The notes below the pieces were generated by a model that was given only the letters and a program-made list of their open reading frames with translations, searched no databases and was not told where the DNA came from. Of a DNA stretch of 64,000 nucleotides, positions 55,740 to 64,000 are shown piece after piece. Where the stretch lies: positions 24,448 to 88,447 of the forward strand of contig CALFVL010000077.1 of the NCBI GenBank assembly GCA_937928425.1. Reading direction: 5' to 3'. Every line of letters starts with the position of its first letter. Positions within the stretch are counted from its first letter, which is position 1. Both the position numbers and the translations under genes were made by a program. This stretch comes from an uncultured Verrucomicrobiales bacterium. GTDB lineage: Bacteria; Verrucomicrobiota; Verrucomicrobiia; Verrucomicrobiales; Akkermansiaceae.

Positions 55740-56201
55740 ATGAGCAGTAAGAAACTCGCCATTTTGACCATCTTCACTCTTCTTATTTTAGGACTGGGTG
55801 CCTTAGCCTTTTATACGAAGAAAATGAATGCCGTAGGTTTTCGGGGGATTGGCTTCTCGGTTAAAAACGTTGAAGAAGGAGTGGTAAAGGAGTGGATGGG
55901 GAGCTTCGAGGCTGTTTTACAAAGGGATGAGATCCTTAAGAAAATCGTGGATAATTCAGACTATGTCGCGAAGCTTTCAGTCCCAGAGAGTGAGGCCCTC
56001 GCCCATCTCCGGAGCGCAATTGACGTGAACTATAGTAAAAGCCGCGATACGATCCAGCTTGGTCTGCGAGGGAAGAGGAAGAACAATGCAGCCCTCGATG
56101 AAATTTCACGCGTCGTATTTAATGAATCAGCCGGCTATGTGGCTGCGGAGAAGCCAGCCTTCAAGAAGCACTACCATGAAATCTCACAGGCGGGTCAGTA
56201 G
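55740..56201 (+). CDS. Small membrane-anchored hypothetical protein
   Basis: 153 aa with an N-terminal TM (LAILTIFTLLILGLGALAFY). I recognise no motif. Its 3' end overlaps the convergent nitroreductase by 18 nt. Confidence 0.4.
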   Translation: MSSKKLAILTIFTLLILGLGALAFYTKKMNAVGFRGIGFSVKNVEEGVVKEWMGSFEAVLQRDEILKKIVDNSDYVAKLSVPESEALAHLRSAIDVNYSKSRDTIQLGLRGKRKNNAALDEISRVVFNESAGYVAAEKPAFKKHYHEISQAGQ

Positions 56202-56831
56202 CTGATCCTTCTCGAAGCGCACCTTCGCTGCGCTGGCATACTTATCACTCTCAGCCCGGTATCCTAGGGCGCATGCGACTGAGGTTTTCAGCCCTTTTTC
56301 CGGAAGACCAAGAAGGGCATCATACTCATTTGCATCGATCCCCTCCATGGGGCAGGCGTCTATCCCGAGTGTCGCAGCACTCGTCATGAGCTGGCCTAAG
56401 GCGATGTAGGTCTGTAACTTCGCCCACTGAGCTTTCTGGGACTCATCCATGTGCCCGATGAAGCCACTCATCATATCTCGGTAAGGGGTGAGACTTTCAA
56501 TTTCCTCTCCTCTTAACTTCGCACTGTGCTTTAAAAATTGGTCGATCTCTTCCTCTCCCACTGAGCGACGAGAAGCTAGGACTAGAAAGTGAGAACACTC
56601 CGTCACCTGAGCCTGCCCCCAGGAGTGGGCTTGAAGCTTCTCACGGAGTTCTAGGTTCTCGATGACGAAGAAGTGCCAAGGCTGAAGGCCGAATGAAGAG
56701 GGGGTGAGAATGAGTGAGTCTTCTAACGCTTCCCAAAGGTCTTGAGGAATCTTCTTAGACGCGTCAAATTGCTTGGTGGCATAACGCCACTTTAATTGTT
56801 TGAGAAAATCAGGTGCTGAAAAATTGCTCAT
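56184..56831 (-). CDS. NAD(P)H nitroreductase family protein
   Basis: ATG at 56831 gives MSNFSAPDFLKQLKWRYATKQFD...PSSFGLQPWHFFVIEN, the typical nitroreductase N-terminus. The longer track ORF (to 56918) overlaps the upstream lptD-like gene. Confidence 0.8.
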   Translation of the reverse strand: MSNFSAPDFLKQLKWRYATKQFDASKKIPQDLWEALEDSLILTPSSFGLQPWHFFVIENLELREKLQAHSWGQAQVTECSHFLVLASRRSVGEEEIDQFLKHSAKLRGEEIESLTPYRDMMSGFIGHMDESQKAQWAKLQTYIALGQLMTSAATLGIDACPMEGIDANEYDALLGLPEKGLKTSVACALGYRAESDKYASAAKVRFEKDQLLTRL

Positions 56832-56838
56832 GGAAGAA

Positions 56839-59286
56839 TTATTCCGCGCCGATTTCAATTGGCAAGGAAAGGCTGGGGATTTCCTTAATCCCGAAGCTAA
56901 GAATGAAACCATATTCATCCTCCCGCTGATTATTCCGGTGAAAAAATCCGATTGATCCTACGAAGGAATCGAAGTCGTAATGAATGTTGTATTGTTGCAG
57001 CTCCAAGCTGTTATCTTCTAATTCGATCCGGTGATGAGTTCCGATTCCCCAATACTCGTTCAAGCGGGCGAAGCTTTCTAGCACGATACGGTCAGAATCC
57101 CTGAGGATGGGATGGCTGTCGAGGTGCCGGTAGTCGATGTTGAACTCAAAGTCGGCACTCGGCATAAAGCGGAAGGAAAGCGCAACTTCATTAAAATCTG
57201 AGTCAGAAAAAATGGGAAATTGAGTTTCTAAATCGAGCTCGAACCATGGGGTCGGATTCCAGCGTAGGTCATTGTAGAGGTTAGAGAATTCGCGATCGAA
57301 TTCTGGGTCTTCAAAAAAGGCGTCAATATAAGTGTCAAGCGTGAGCCAGTCGTGAGTGCCTCCGTCACGCCGAGTCGCGATCCGGTTACGCACCCCGAGG
57401 CGCAGAACACTCCAGTCCTCAAGATCATCAATCGCCGTGAAGCGACCCACTTGACGAGAACGTGGGCGAGTCGTGGGCGTGAGCCGATCGATGCGGCCGA
57501 AAGAAGAGTCCAGCTCATCAGTGGAAAGCCAATTGAAAGAAGCGTATGGCTCGATGATATGGCGCACGGCATCGAGCCCCCATTTATGGCTTTTAATGTT
57601 AGGATATAAGCGAGTGAGTTTAGTCGAGAGGTCGATCCCTGCTGACAGATGAGTGCGGCTCGTCGAGCTATCTGGTCCTAGGACTGCTTGATAATTCGTG
57701 TGTCCTGCTCCGATACGGGGGATGATGTTCACATGCCCTAGCTTGGTCGGCCGAGAGAGTTCATGGAAGGTATGAAAACGGGCGAAGCCGCGATCTTCTA
57801 AAAGGCGCTCGACTTCACCTAAGCGGGGATCTCCCGGAAGTAGTGCGTCTGCCTCACTACGGAGGCTATCGAGCTGGAAATCAGCTAGGCGTTCTTCATA
57901 AAAACCGAGCGATGTCTGGCTCTCGTAGAGAATCGAGCTATCGAAGAGGGGCTGGCGGACCCAATCATGGCTGAGTTCAGGAAGCTGGGTGTTGCTTTGG
58001 TAGAAATCATTCAGCCGGACTCGGGCCCCGAGTGCCGTCTGGCTCTTTGCAGAACGGCGGATAACTCCCAGATAGTTGTCCGGCTCTGGGTTGACGCGGA
58101 ATAGGGATGGGTCAAAGTCCTCTAGATAGTTCTCATCACTAAGAAGCGTAAGATTGGCATCTAAGGTGTACTTCGCACTTGGGCTTTCCCACAGTGGAAT
58201 CCGATGGGCGAATTCCACTGCGAAACGGTTCGGGTCAATGCTACCCCTGTCCACTCCACTCCGTTCCACATCAGGGTCAAAATCGTAAATGTAGTAGAGC
58301 CGGAGGTAGCCGAATTGATCCTTCTTATGGAGTCGAGTGTCAGAAAAGTCGACCCCGAGGCCTAGTCCTCTTCGTGTGTAAATATCGGCATGCCATTGGG
58401 AAAGAAGCCAAGCATCCTTGTTCTCACCAGTCTCAGGATCACGCTCCCCTCCGAGTAAAACCCCATAGCGGTTCTTAAGAAATAGTCCAAGGTTCGTCCG
58501 CCCGCCGGGACTAGGAAGGTAACCGAGATTTGCATCGAGGGGTTGAGAGAGGTAAGGGAGCCAGAAGAGCTTGCGATTCCCCACCTCCAGCGTGAAGTCG
58601 TCGAAGATGACTCGGTCACCGGGGATGACTGTCGTTTTTTTAGAACGGAGCCAGAAATCAGGGTTTTCGACATCATGCGTGGTGATTCCTGAGTTCTCCC
58701 CCACAAAAACCGTGCGTCCGTTTTGCTCGACTTTTTTAAGCTCCCCAGCCTCCATTAGGACGGGATTCAGAGCGAGTCGTAAGTGGCTGGTGTCGATGTC
58801 TTGGCTATCGAGATGGTAAGTCGCAGATTCTCCACGGTAGACCAGTCCACTTTGATAGACACTGACATTTCCGCTTAGTTTCACCTCCTGTTTTTTAGAG
58901 TTTAGGTCAGCCCGATCGGCGAAGATTTGGAGGCCATTATCGGCTACGACTTTGACCTTTCCCTTGTATCGGAAAATGAGCTCTCCGTTGATACTCTCGA
59001 GGCTCGGAGAGAGCCCTTCAATCTGGACATTCTGAGGGAGTGCCACCTCGGCCTTTTTCTTAGAATCGCCCTGAAGGACGTCAATAAGGGCATCGTCCCC
59101 AGGCTGAGGTGGGGTGATCGGCTTGAGTGGAAATTGCTCAAAGACGTCTGGGAGAGGAGGACTCTCATCAGGAGCTGGGGGAAGAGAACCGAGAGGGGGA
59201 GGGATCTGAGGGAAAGGAGAGGGAATTTCCTCTTGGCCAAAGCCCCAAAATGGGGTCAGAGCTAGGAAGAAAAGTGAAGAGCGCAT
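56839..59286 (-). CDS. lptD: LptD/OstA-like outer-membrane LPS-assembly protein
   Basis: 815 aa with a signal peptide (MRSSLFFLALTPFWGFG). The OstA-like N-terminal region is ADRADLNSKKQEVKLSGNVSVYQSGLVYRGESATYHL. A long aromatic/Gly/Asp-rich beta-barrel-like C-terminal region ends in ...LSLPIEIGAE. Confidence 0.6.
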   Translation of the reverse strand: MRSSLFFLALTPFWGFGQEEIPSPFPQIPPPLGSLPPAPDESPPLPDVFEQFPLKPITPPQPGDDALIDVLQGDSKKKAEVALPQNVQIEGLSPSLESINGELIFRYKGKVKVVADNGLQIFADRADLNSKKQEVKLSGNVSVYQSGLVYRGESATYHLDSQDIDTSHLRLALNPVLMEAGELKKVEQNGRTVFVGENSGITTHDVENPDFWLRSKKTTVIPGDRVIFDDFTLEVGNRKLFWLPYLSQPLDANLGYLPSPGGRTNLGLFLKNRYGVLLGGERDPETGENKDAWLLSQWHADIYTRRGLGLGVDFSDTRLHKKDQFGYLRLYYIYDFDPDVERSGVDRGSIDPNRFAVEFAHRIPLWESPSAKYTLDANLTLLSDENYLEDFDPSLFRVNPEPDNYLGVIRRSAKSQTALGARVRLNDFYQSNTQLPELSHDWVRQPLFDSSILYESQTSLGFYEERLADFQLDSLRSEADALLPGDPRLGEVERLLEDRGFARFHTFHELSRPTKLGHVNIIPRIGAGHTNYQAVLGPDSSTSRTHLSAGIDLSTKLTRLYPNIKSHKWGLDAVRHIIEPYASFNWLSTDELDSSFGRIDRLTPTTRPRSRQVGRFTAIDDLEDWSVLRLGVRNRIATRRDGGTHDWLTLDTYIDAFFEDPEFDREFSNLYNDLRWNPTPWFELDLETQFPIFSDSDFNEVALSFRFMPSADFEFNIDYRHLDSHPILRDSDRIVLESFARLNEYWGIGTHHRIELEDNSLELQQYNIHYDFDSFVGSIGFFHRNNQREDEYGFILSFGIKEIPSLSLPIEIGAE

Positions 59287-59373
59287 CGGGGTGGGAGGAG
59301 GCTAGAAAGTGGGGTGAAAACTGTCCATAGGATTCGCTGGATTTGTCATCTAATCAGAGTAGGATGATGGACT

Positions 59374-60267
59374 ATGTTAAAAGCGGAGAAAATTGGGATT
59401 GTCGGAGCTTCAGGATGGCTCGGTCAGCATCTCGCTAGTGCCCTCTTAGAGAAGGGTTATGAAGTCGTCGCCTTTTCTAGATCATCGAGATCATCGCGCT
59501 CCCATGTTGGACTAGAGTGGCGCCAGTGGACTGGAGAGGGAGAGATCGATCTAGCTGGCCTAAGTGCCGTGGTGAACTTAGCGGGGGAAGCGATTGACCA
59601 GCGGTGGACGAGGGCGCGTAAGGTGGCCTTCCGCCAGAGCCGAGTTGATCTAAGCAAAAATTTGGTGAACTCACTAGCCACTTCAGAAGTGCAGGTGCTC
59701 CTTAATGCCTCTGCAACCGGTTTTTACGGAGACCGTGGAGAAGAAGAATTACCTGAATCTGCTGGCGTGGGGCAGGGATACCTAGCAGAGCTTTGCCGTG
59801 ATTGGGAAGGAGTGACTCAAGGGGCCATGGGGGTCCGGGTCTGTCAGCTTAGAACGGGGGTTGTCCTAGGGCGTGGCGGGCGAGCATGGCAAAAGGTATC
59901 ACGGGTTTTTAAACTCGGGCTAGGGGGAAAGTTAGGGAGTGGGAAACAGTGGATGCCATGGGTCCATCTGGATGATGAAATCCGCGCCATCATTCACTGT
60001 TTAGAGGGTGGTCTATCTGGCCCAGTCAATCTTGTTGCGCCAGAATCGGTAACGAATCGTGATTTCACAAAAGTGCTAGGAGAAGTCTTAGCCCGTCCTA
60101 CTATTTTTACCGCACCGGCCTTCGCGCTCCGCCTCGCTCTCGGCGAATTTGCAAAAGAAGGGCTGCTCGCTAGCACTCGTGCTATACCAGAGAAACTCTT
60201 GGAGAGTGGTTTTCAATTCACTCACACTCAGATTAAGAGCGCCGTGCAGGACTGCACACATGCTTAG
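59374..60267 (+). CDS. TIGR01777/YfcH-type NAD-binding epimerase-family protein
   Basis: 297 aa with the Rossmann motif IGIVGASGWLGQHL. VVNLAGEAIDQRWT and the C-terminal DUF1731-like PAFALRLALGEFAKEGLLASTRAIPEKLLESGFQF also fit. Confidence 0.7.
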   Translation: MLKAEKIGIVGASGWLGQHLASALLEKGYEVVAFSRSSRSSRSHVGLEWRQWTGEGEIDLAGLSAVVNLAGEAIDQRWTRARKVAFRQSRVDLSKNLVNSLATSEVQVLLNASATGFYGDRGEEELPESAGVGQGYLAELCRDWEGVTQGAMGVRVCQLRTGVVLGRGGRAWQKVSRVFKLGLGGKLGSGKQWMPWVHLDDEIRAIIHCLEGGLSGPVNLVAPESVTNRDFTKVLGEVLARPTIFTAPAFALRLALGEFAKEGLLASTRAIPEKLLESGFQFTHTQIKSAVQDCTHA

Positions 60268-60278
60268 AGGCTGGCGCT

Positions 60279-61382
60279 TTACTGAGCGTATTTCTCATGC
60301 CACTCGCGGTAAACTTTAGGAGATATTTCTGAGGGCTTAATTTCAGAACGCCCACCCCAGAAGACATTGGTGTAGCTCACGGGAATGCCGATAGATTCGA
60401 GGTGTTTATCAATGGCGGCCTTATGCTCCATCACCTTATCTTTTTCAGTTCCATGCACCACTCCCATGACATTAACATTGCCAAACTGTGGACCTCCCTC
60501 GCGCCAGTAAGCATGCGTCATGCAGTGGTGGCGCCCCACTTCGCTACCTGCTTCCACCTCGCGCCCCTTCGGGACGGCCCAGTGGAAGAGCCCATTGAAG
60601 CGAGTGACCCGCTTCCCAGTATCAGAAGGTTTGACGTGTTCTAGGAAGGTCGAGAAACGGCCGATCACTTTTTTACGGTCGAGAGTACGGGAAATCTCAT
60701 AGAAGCGTTCTAGGCTCACTCCTGCGATGTCCGCACGTGCATCCCAGCAATTCTGAATGATCTCCTCTGGCCTGAGTTCTTCCTTCAAGGCGAGGAGGAC
60801 ATCCCACTCATCCTGAGAGAGATCTACTACGGTCGTGGTCATCATTTCAGCTGCCACGTCCAGCTTTGCGCCGGGCTCTAGCCCCTTACGGCGGACGTGG
60901 CCCACTCCGAGGGTGAAGACACCATTCGCCGGCATGAGGATGAATTCATCTGCCCCTACGAGCCGCTTTAAGACCTCGCCATGCTCTTGCAGGGATTCAC
61001 CCTGAGGAACTTTAAGGGTGGTCCAGAGGCGGTACCCTGCTCCAGAGATCTGGCCATCAGTCGAGCGAATCACGACGTGCCCACTAAAGGGGTCTTTCTG
61101 AGCCATGAAGTCGAAGGCGGCATTTAGCTTCTCCTCTGGGAGTCGCCATGCCACTAGAGCCCCGTGGGCGAGTTTCGTCGCTAGCATAGTCTGGCGCACT
61201 CGGCGGATTACCCCTGCCTCAAGCATGGCGCGAATCCGCTCTAAGACGACTGGGAGCTCTACCCCAGATTCTTTGGCAATCACAGAAAAGGGGTCTTCTT
61301 GGAAACCAGAGACGAGGTCCTCCGAGACGCTTAGGATTTGGGCATTAATAGGATCGTCGTGTTCAGTAGGGATGCTGCTCAT
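60279..61382 (-). CDS. Fused two-module siroheme-decarboxylase-like (NirDL/AhbAB family, AsnC-type) protein
   Basis: 367 aa. Two tandem modules each have an HTH-like segment followed by an Lrp/AsnC-ligand-like segment (module 1 LERIRAMLEAGVIRRVRQT...SGHVVIRS...YRLWTTL; module 2 FYEISRTLDRKKVIGRFSTF...MTHAYWRE...NVNVMGVVH). They are colinear with the VSHNYxR...NLWF pattern. Confidence 0.5.
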   Translation of the reverse strand: MSSIPTEHDDPINAQILSVSEDLVSGFQEDPFSVIAKESGVELPVVLERIRAMLEAGVIRRVRQTMLATKLAHGALVAWRLPEEKLNAAFDFMAQKDPFSGHVVIRSTDGQISGAGYRLWTTLKVPQGESLQEHGEVLKRLVGADEFILMPANGVFTLGVGHVRRKGLEPGAKLDVAAEMMTTTVVDLSQDEWDVLLALKEELRPEEIIQNCWDARADIAGVSLERFYEISRTLDRKKVIGRFSTFLEHVKPSDTGKRVTRFNGLFHWAVPKGREVEAGSEVGRHHCMTHAYWREGGPQFGNVNVMGVVHGTEKDKVMEHKAAIDKHLESIGIPVSYTNVFWGGRSEIKPSEISPKVYREWHEKYAQ

Positions 61383-62698
61383 TTGGAAAGTGTTTCTTTT
61401 ACGAAGGCGTATGCGGAGTCTCTATCAGAAAGCCTGCCCTCTAGCTGCTCAGTCTGAACAGCGGTGAGCAGTTTGCCAATCTCAGGCCCGTGGGGCACGT
61501 CAAAATCTTGGATAAGGTCGTGGCCGGAAAGGAGAGGCGCAGGAATGAGTGGTTCTTTAGCAAAGTCCTCCCTTTTCTGGCGCACGAAGTCATAATTCTC
61601 GCGGAAGCCATTACTACTATCACAGTCCACTCGGTGCAGCTCAGTCTCCATCTCGAAGCACTCTGCGGCCATGAAGCGTTTCAGCTTAGCGGTGCGCATT
61701 TCTTTTACGTGCATGAATTTCATGTGGCGTGAGACCATGAAGCTAACCTCATCCACCGTGTGGTTCGGGTAGCGTAAGCGGCGGAGGATTTTCTGGGCCA
61801 TTTTCTCGCCGACTTTATCGTGGGCATTGAAGCGGAAGCGCTGGGCCTCATCGTCCCAAGCTTGGGTCGGAGGTTTCCCGATGTCATGAAGGAGGACGGC
61901 GAGGGCAAGGTGCAGGGGAGGGGCCTTTAGCAGAGAGAGAGCGATGCGCGAGTGGACGTAAACATCGCCCTCAGGGTGCCACTGTGGAGGTTGTTCGCAG
62001 CCTATGAGGTCCAGTACTTCAGGGAGGAATTCTTTGATCAGTCCTGACTCCACCAGAAGGTCTAGCCCACGGGCACGCTCCTCAGCTAGCATGATGAGGG
62101 AGAATTCATCACGCACGCGCTCGGGGGAAATTTGCGAGAGTAGGGGAGCGCATTCTCGTAGGGCAGTCCAAGTTTTTTCTTCGATCGTGAATCCGGTCAG
62201 GGTGGCGAAGCGGATGGCTCGCAGGAGGCGTAAGGCATCTTCCTCGAAGCGTTCCTGTGCTTCGCCAATCGCACGGAGAATGCCATTTTTTAGATCAGCA
62301 CGCCCGTTCACATGGTCGATAATTTCACCGCTGAAGGGGTCTTGAAAAAGGCCATTGATGGTGAAATCACGGCGCTGGGCATCTTCCTCAGGAGAAGAGA
62401 ACTGGACTGCCTCGGGATGGCGACCATCTTTATAAGAACCATCGGTGCGGAAGGTGGCCACCTCGATGACCTCGCCCTCATCCTTCACGATGATGACTCC
62501 AAAGTGTTCCCCCACCGCATCAGAATTTGTGAAAAGTGCCTGCACCTCCTCTGGACGGGCTGAGGTGGCTAGATCGTAGTCCTTAGGCTCCTTAGCGAGG
62601 AGCTGGTCGCGCACGGCACCCCCTGCGAAGTAGACCATGTGCCCAGCCTCACGCAGAACGTGGGCCGTGCGGGTGGCGAGGTCTTTTTGGCGGCTCAT
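61379..62698 (-). CDS. cca: CCA-adding enzyme / poly(A) polymerase family tRNA nucleotidyltransferase with HD domain
   Basis: 439 aa. Contains YFAGGAVRDQLL, DYDLAT, RRDFTINGL and the HD motif LLHDIGKP. Confidence 0.85.
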   Translation of the reverse strand: MSRQKDLATRTAHVLREAGHMVYFAGGAVRDQLLAKEPKDYDLATSARPEEVQALFTNSDAVGEHFGVIIVKDEGEVIEVATFRTDGSYKDGRHPEAVQFSSPEEDAQRRDFTINGLFQDPFSGEIIDHVNGRADLKNGILRAIGEAQERFEEDALRLLRAIRFATLTGFTIEEKTWTALRECAPLLSQISPERVRDEFSLIMLAEERARGLDLLVESGLIKEFLPEVLDLIGCEQPPQWHPEGDVYVHSRIALSLLKAPPLHLALAVLLHDIGKPPTQAWDDEAQRFRFNAHDKVGEKMAQKILRRLRYPNHTVDEVSFMVSRHMKFMHVKEMRTAKLKRFMAAECFEMETELHRVDCDSSNGFRENYDFVRQKREDFAKEPLIPAPLLSGHDLIQDFDVPHGPEIGKLLTAVQTEQLEGRLSDRDSAYAFVKETLSK

Positions 62699-62757
62699 GA
62701 ACTACTAGACTAAGCTTGGCGTGGGCGGTGAGAGAGGCAACTGGAAATTAATGCTCT

Positions 62758-62795
62758 AAAAAAAGCACTCCCACACGCGAGGCGAGAGTGCTTTT
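62758..62795 (-). terminator. Probable rho-independent terminator after secA
   Basis: The 7-bp stem agcactc (62764-62770) / gagtgct (62786-62792) is flanked by A7 on the plus strand, which is U7 after the stem on the minus transcript. The loop is 15 nt and may pair internally. Confidence 0.5.
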
Positions 62796-62819
62796 GGAAA
62801 AGAAAGATCACGAGTCAGC

Positions 62820-64000
62820 TTACTCGCTGGCGCGCCCACAGCAGGCCTTAAATTTCTTCCCTGACCCACAGGTGCAGGGCTCATTCCGGCCCACTTTCGG
62901 GATGGGGCGGCGCTTAGGGAGGTTTAGTTTCAACTTACTCTCATCAGCGGCACTTCCATCTTCTGCGACCACACTCGAGGAACCTGAAACTGCCATGTTC
63001 CCTATGCCCATTTCCATTCCATCATCACTGGAGCTAAGCTGGCCAGGATCTGTAAGGACAGGATCGATCGGCTGCACCGTAGTGAAGCGGAAGAGATTAT
63101 GCACGGAGCCATCGTCGATGGTATCCATGAGCGCGGTGAAGAGTTTATAAGCCTCCATTTTATACTCTACGAGTGGGTCCTTTTGACCTTGGGCCCGTAG
63201 TTGCACTCCTTCGCGTAGGGAGTCCATGGCGTAGAGGTGCTCTTGCCACTTCTGGTCGATCGCATTAAGGATGATGTGGCGTTCTAAGGGATCGAGATGC
63301 TCAGGATTCTCCATCTGAATCTTACGCTCATAGGCCGCATGGATTCCCTCGAGAAGGAACTTCGCATTGCCGTCTGCATCACGAGTTTCAAAGAGTGCAT
63401 CCTCTAAGGTGAGGTGGAGTGGGAAGGTCTTATTCACCCAGTTGAGAAGCTCTACGAAGTCCGGCTGACCATCATCCCGCTCCTCCATATAGTGGGTCAC
63501 TTGAGCGGGGACGATCCGGGCCAGTAATTCCATGATGAGCTCGCGGGGGTCTTCTGCATTGATGACCTGATTCCGGTAACCGTAGACGACTTCACGTTGG
63601 CGGTTCATGACATCATCGAAGTCCAGAACATACTTGCGGCGGCGGTAGTACATCTGCTCCACTCGCTTTTGTGCGGTTTCTACGGAGCGGTTCAGCCACT
63701 TGTGCTCTAGGGCCTCGCCATCTTCCATGCCGAAGCGCTCCATCATATTCGTCATGCGATCCGCTGCCGCGAAATTCCGCATCAGGTCATCCTCAAAGGA
63801 GATGAAGAACTGGGAAGCACCGGGGTCACCTTGACGGGAACAGCGTCCTCGTAGCTGGCGATCGATCCGACGAGACTGGTGCCGCTCGGTTCCTATGACA
63901 TAGAGTCCACCAGCTTCAGTCACGCCCTCACCGAGTTTAATATCGGTGCCACGTCCTGCCATATTAGTAGCCACGGTGACTGCACCCAGCTGTCCGGCGG
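62820..64000 (-). CDS. secA: Preprotein translocase ATPase SecA, C-terminal part (5' end beyond the right edge)
   Basis: Contains [14 protein letters not shown] and [31 protein letters not shown]. The C-terminal zinc motif is [18 protein letters not shown]. The frame stays open to position 64000. Confidence 0.93.
   Translation of the reverse strand, partial: AGQLGAVTVATNMAGRGTDIKLGEGVTEAGGLYVIGTERHQSRRIDRQLRGRCSRQGDPGASQFFISFEDDLMRNFAAADRMTNMMERFGMEDGEALEHKWLNRSVETAQKRVEQMYYRRRKYVLDFDDVMNRQREVVYGYRNQVINAEDPRELIMELLARIVPAQVTHYMEERDDGQPDFVELLNWVNKTFPLHLTLEDALFETRDADGNAKFLLEGIHAAYERKIQMENPEHLDPLERHIILNAIDQKWQEHLYAMDSLREGVQLRAQGQKDPLVEYKMEAYKLFTALMDTIDDGSVHNLFRFTTVQPIDPVLTDPGQLSSSDDGMEMGIGNMAVSGSSSVVAEDGSAADESKLKLNLPKRRPIPKVGRNEPCTCGSGKKFKACCGRASE

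Noticed and set aside
56832-56918. Longer nitroreductase ORF overlapping the lptD-like 3' end by 80 nt
   Set aside because: The family-typical N-terminus (MSNFSAPDFLKQLKWRYATKQF) begins at ATG 56831. The extension has no homology signal.
1-64000. Known defence systems, prophage, transposons, toxin-antitoxin pairs, tRNA/rRNA genes
   Set aside because: I found no integrase, transposase, recombinase, capsid, terminase, Cas, restriction endonuclease or small paired-gene signatures in any frame. All intergenic regions are under 400 nt and show no tRNA-like cloverleaf candidates by eye.

Overview
This is a densely coding 64-kb chromosomal segment with about 46 protein genes. I recognised no rRNA, tRNA, CRISPR array, transposase or integrase. 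The gene content suggests a member of the PVC superphylum, probably Verrucomicrobiota; this is inference only. The supporting signs are LamG-type secreted proteins, a DUF1800/DUF1501 pair, a MoxR-Bat operon, a ~2,900-aa TPR ORF, and roughly 53-58% GC in hand-counted lines. Housekeeping genes recognised from motifs are crcB, trpF, argF, sucC, sucD, selD, dxs, xseB, hslO, an lptD-like gene, a cca-family nucleotidyltransferase and the 3' part of secA. Also present are an NtrB/NtrC-type sigma-54 two-component pair, an M16 peptidase, a nitroreductase, an MBOAT acyltransferase and a Gtr-like glycosylation cluster. Six things deserve a second look. (1) selD carries an in-frame TGA (Sec18) followed by a SECIS-like hairpin, and the ORF track truncates it. 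(2) A 12.6-kb, nine-gene MoxR/DUF58/VWA 'Bat' operon has unusual fusions and runs without gaps into two paralogous double-trypsin/PDZ proteins. Only one of their four protease domains keeps a His-Asp-Ser triad, and the operon also holds a Cys-less thioredoxin-like domain. (3) A single 8.8-kb ORF encodes a secreted, all-helical TPR-rich giant protein with no recognisable catalytic domain. (4) A ~5.4-kb low-GC island carries an N-terminally extended DUF1800, a Tat-signal DUF1501 and a GspG-tail-like protein. It ends in a strong terminator and abuts an orphan, motif-degenerate DEAD-box helicase C-domain gene. (5) There is an orphan SPPY-type DNA methyltransferase. (6) A fused NirDL/AhbAB-like gene is translationally coupled to cca. 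I found no clear known defence system, prophage or mobile element. The novelty candidates are unusual architectures and gene associations, not a proven new system.
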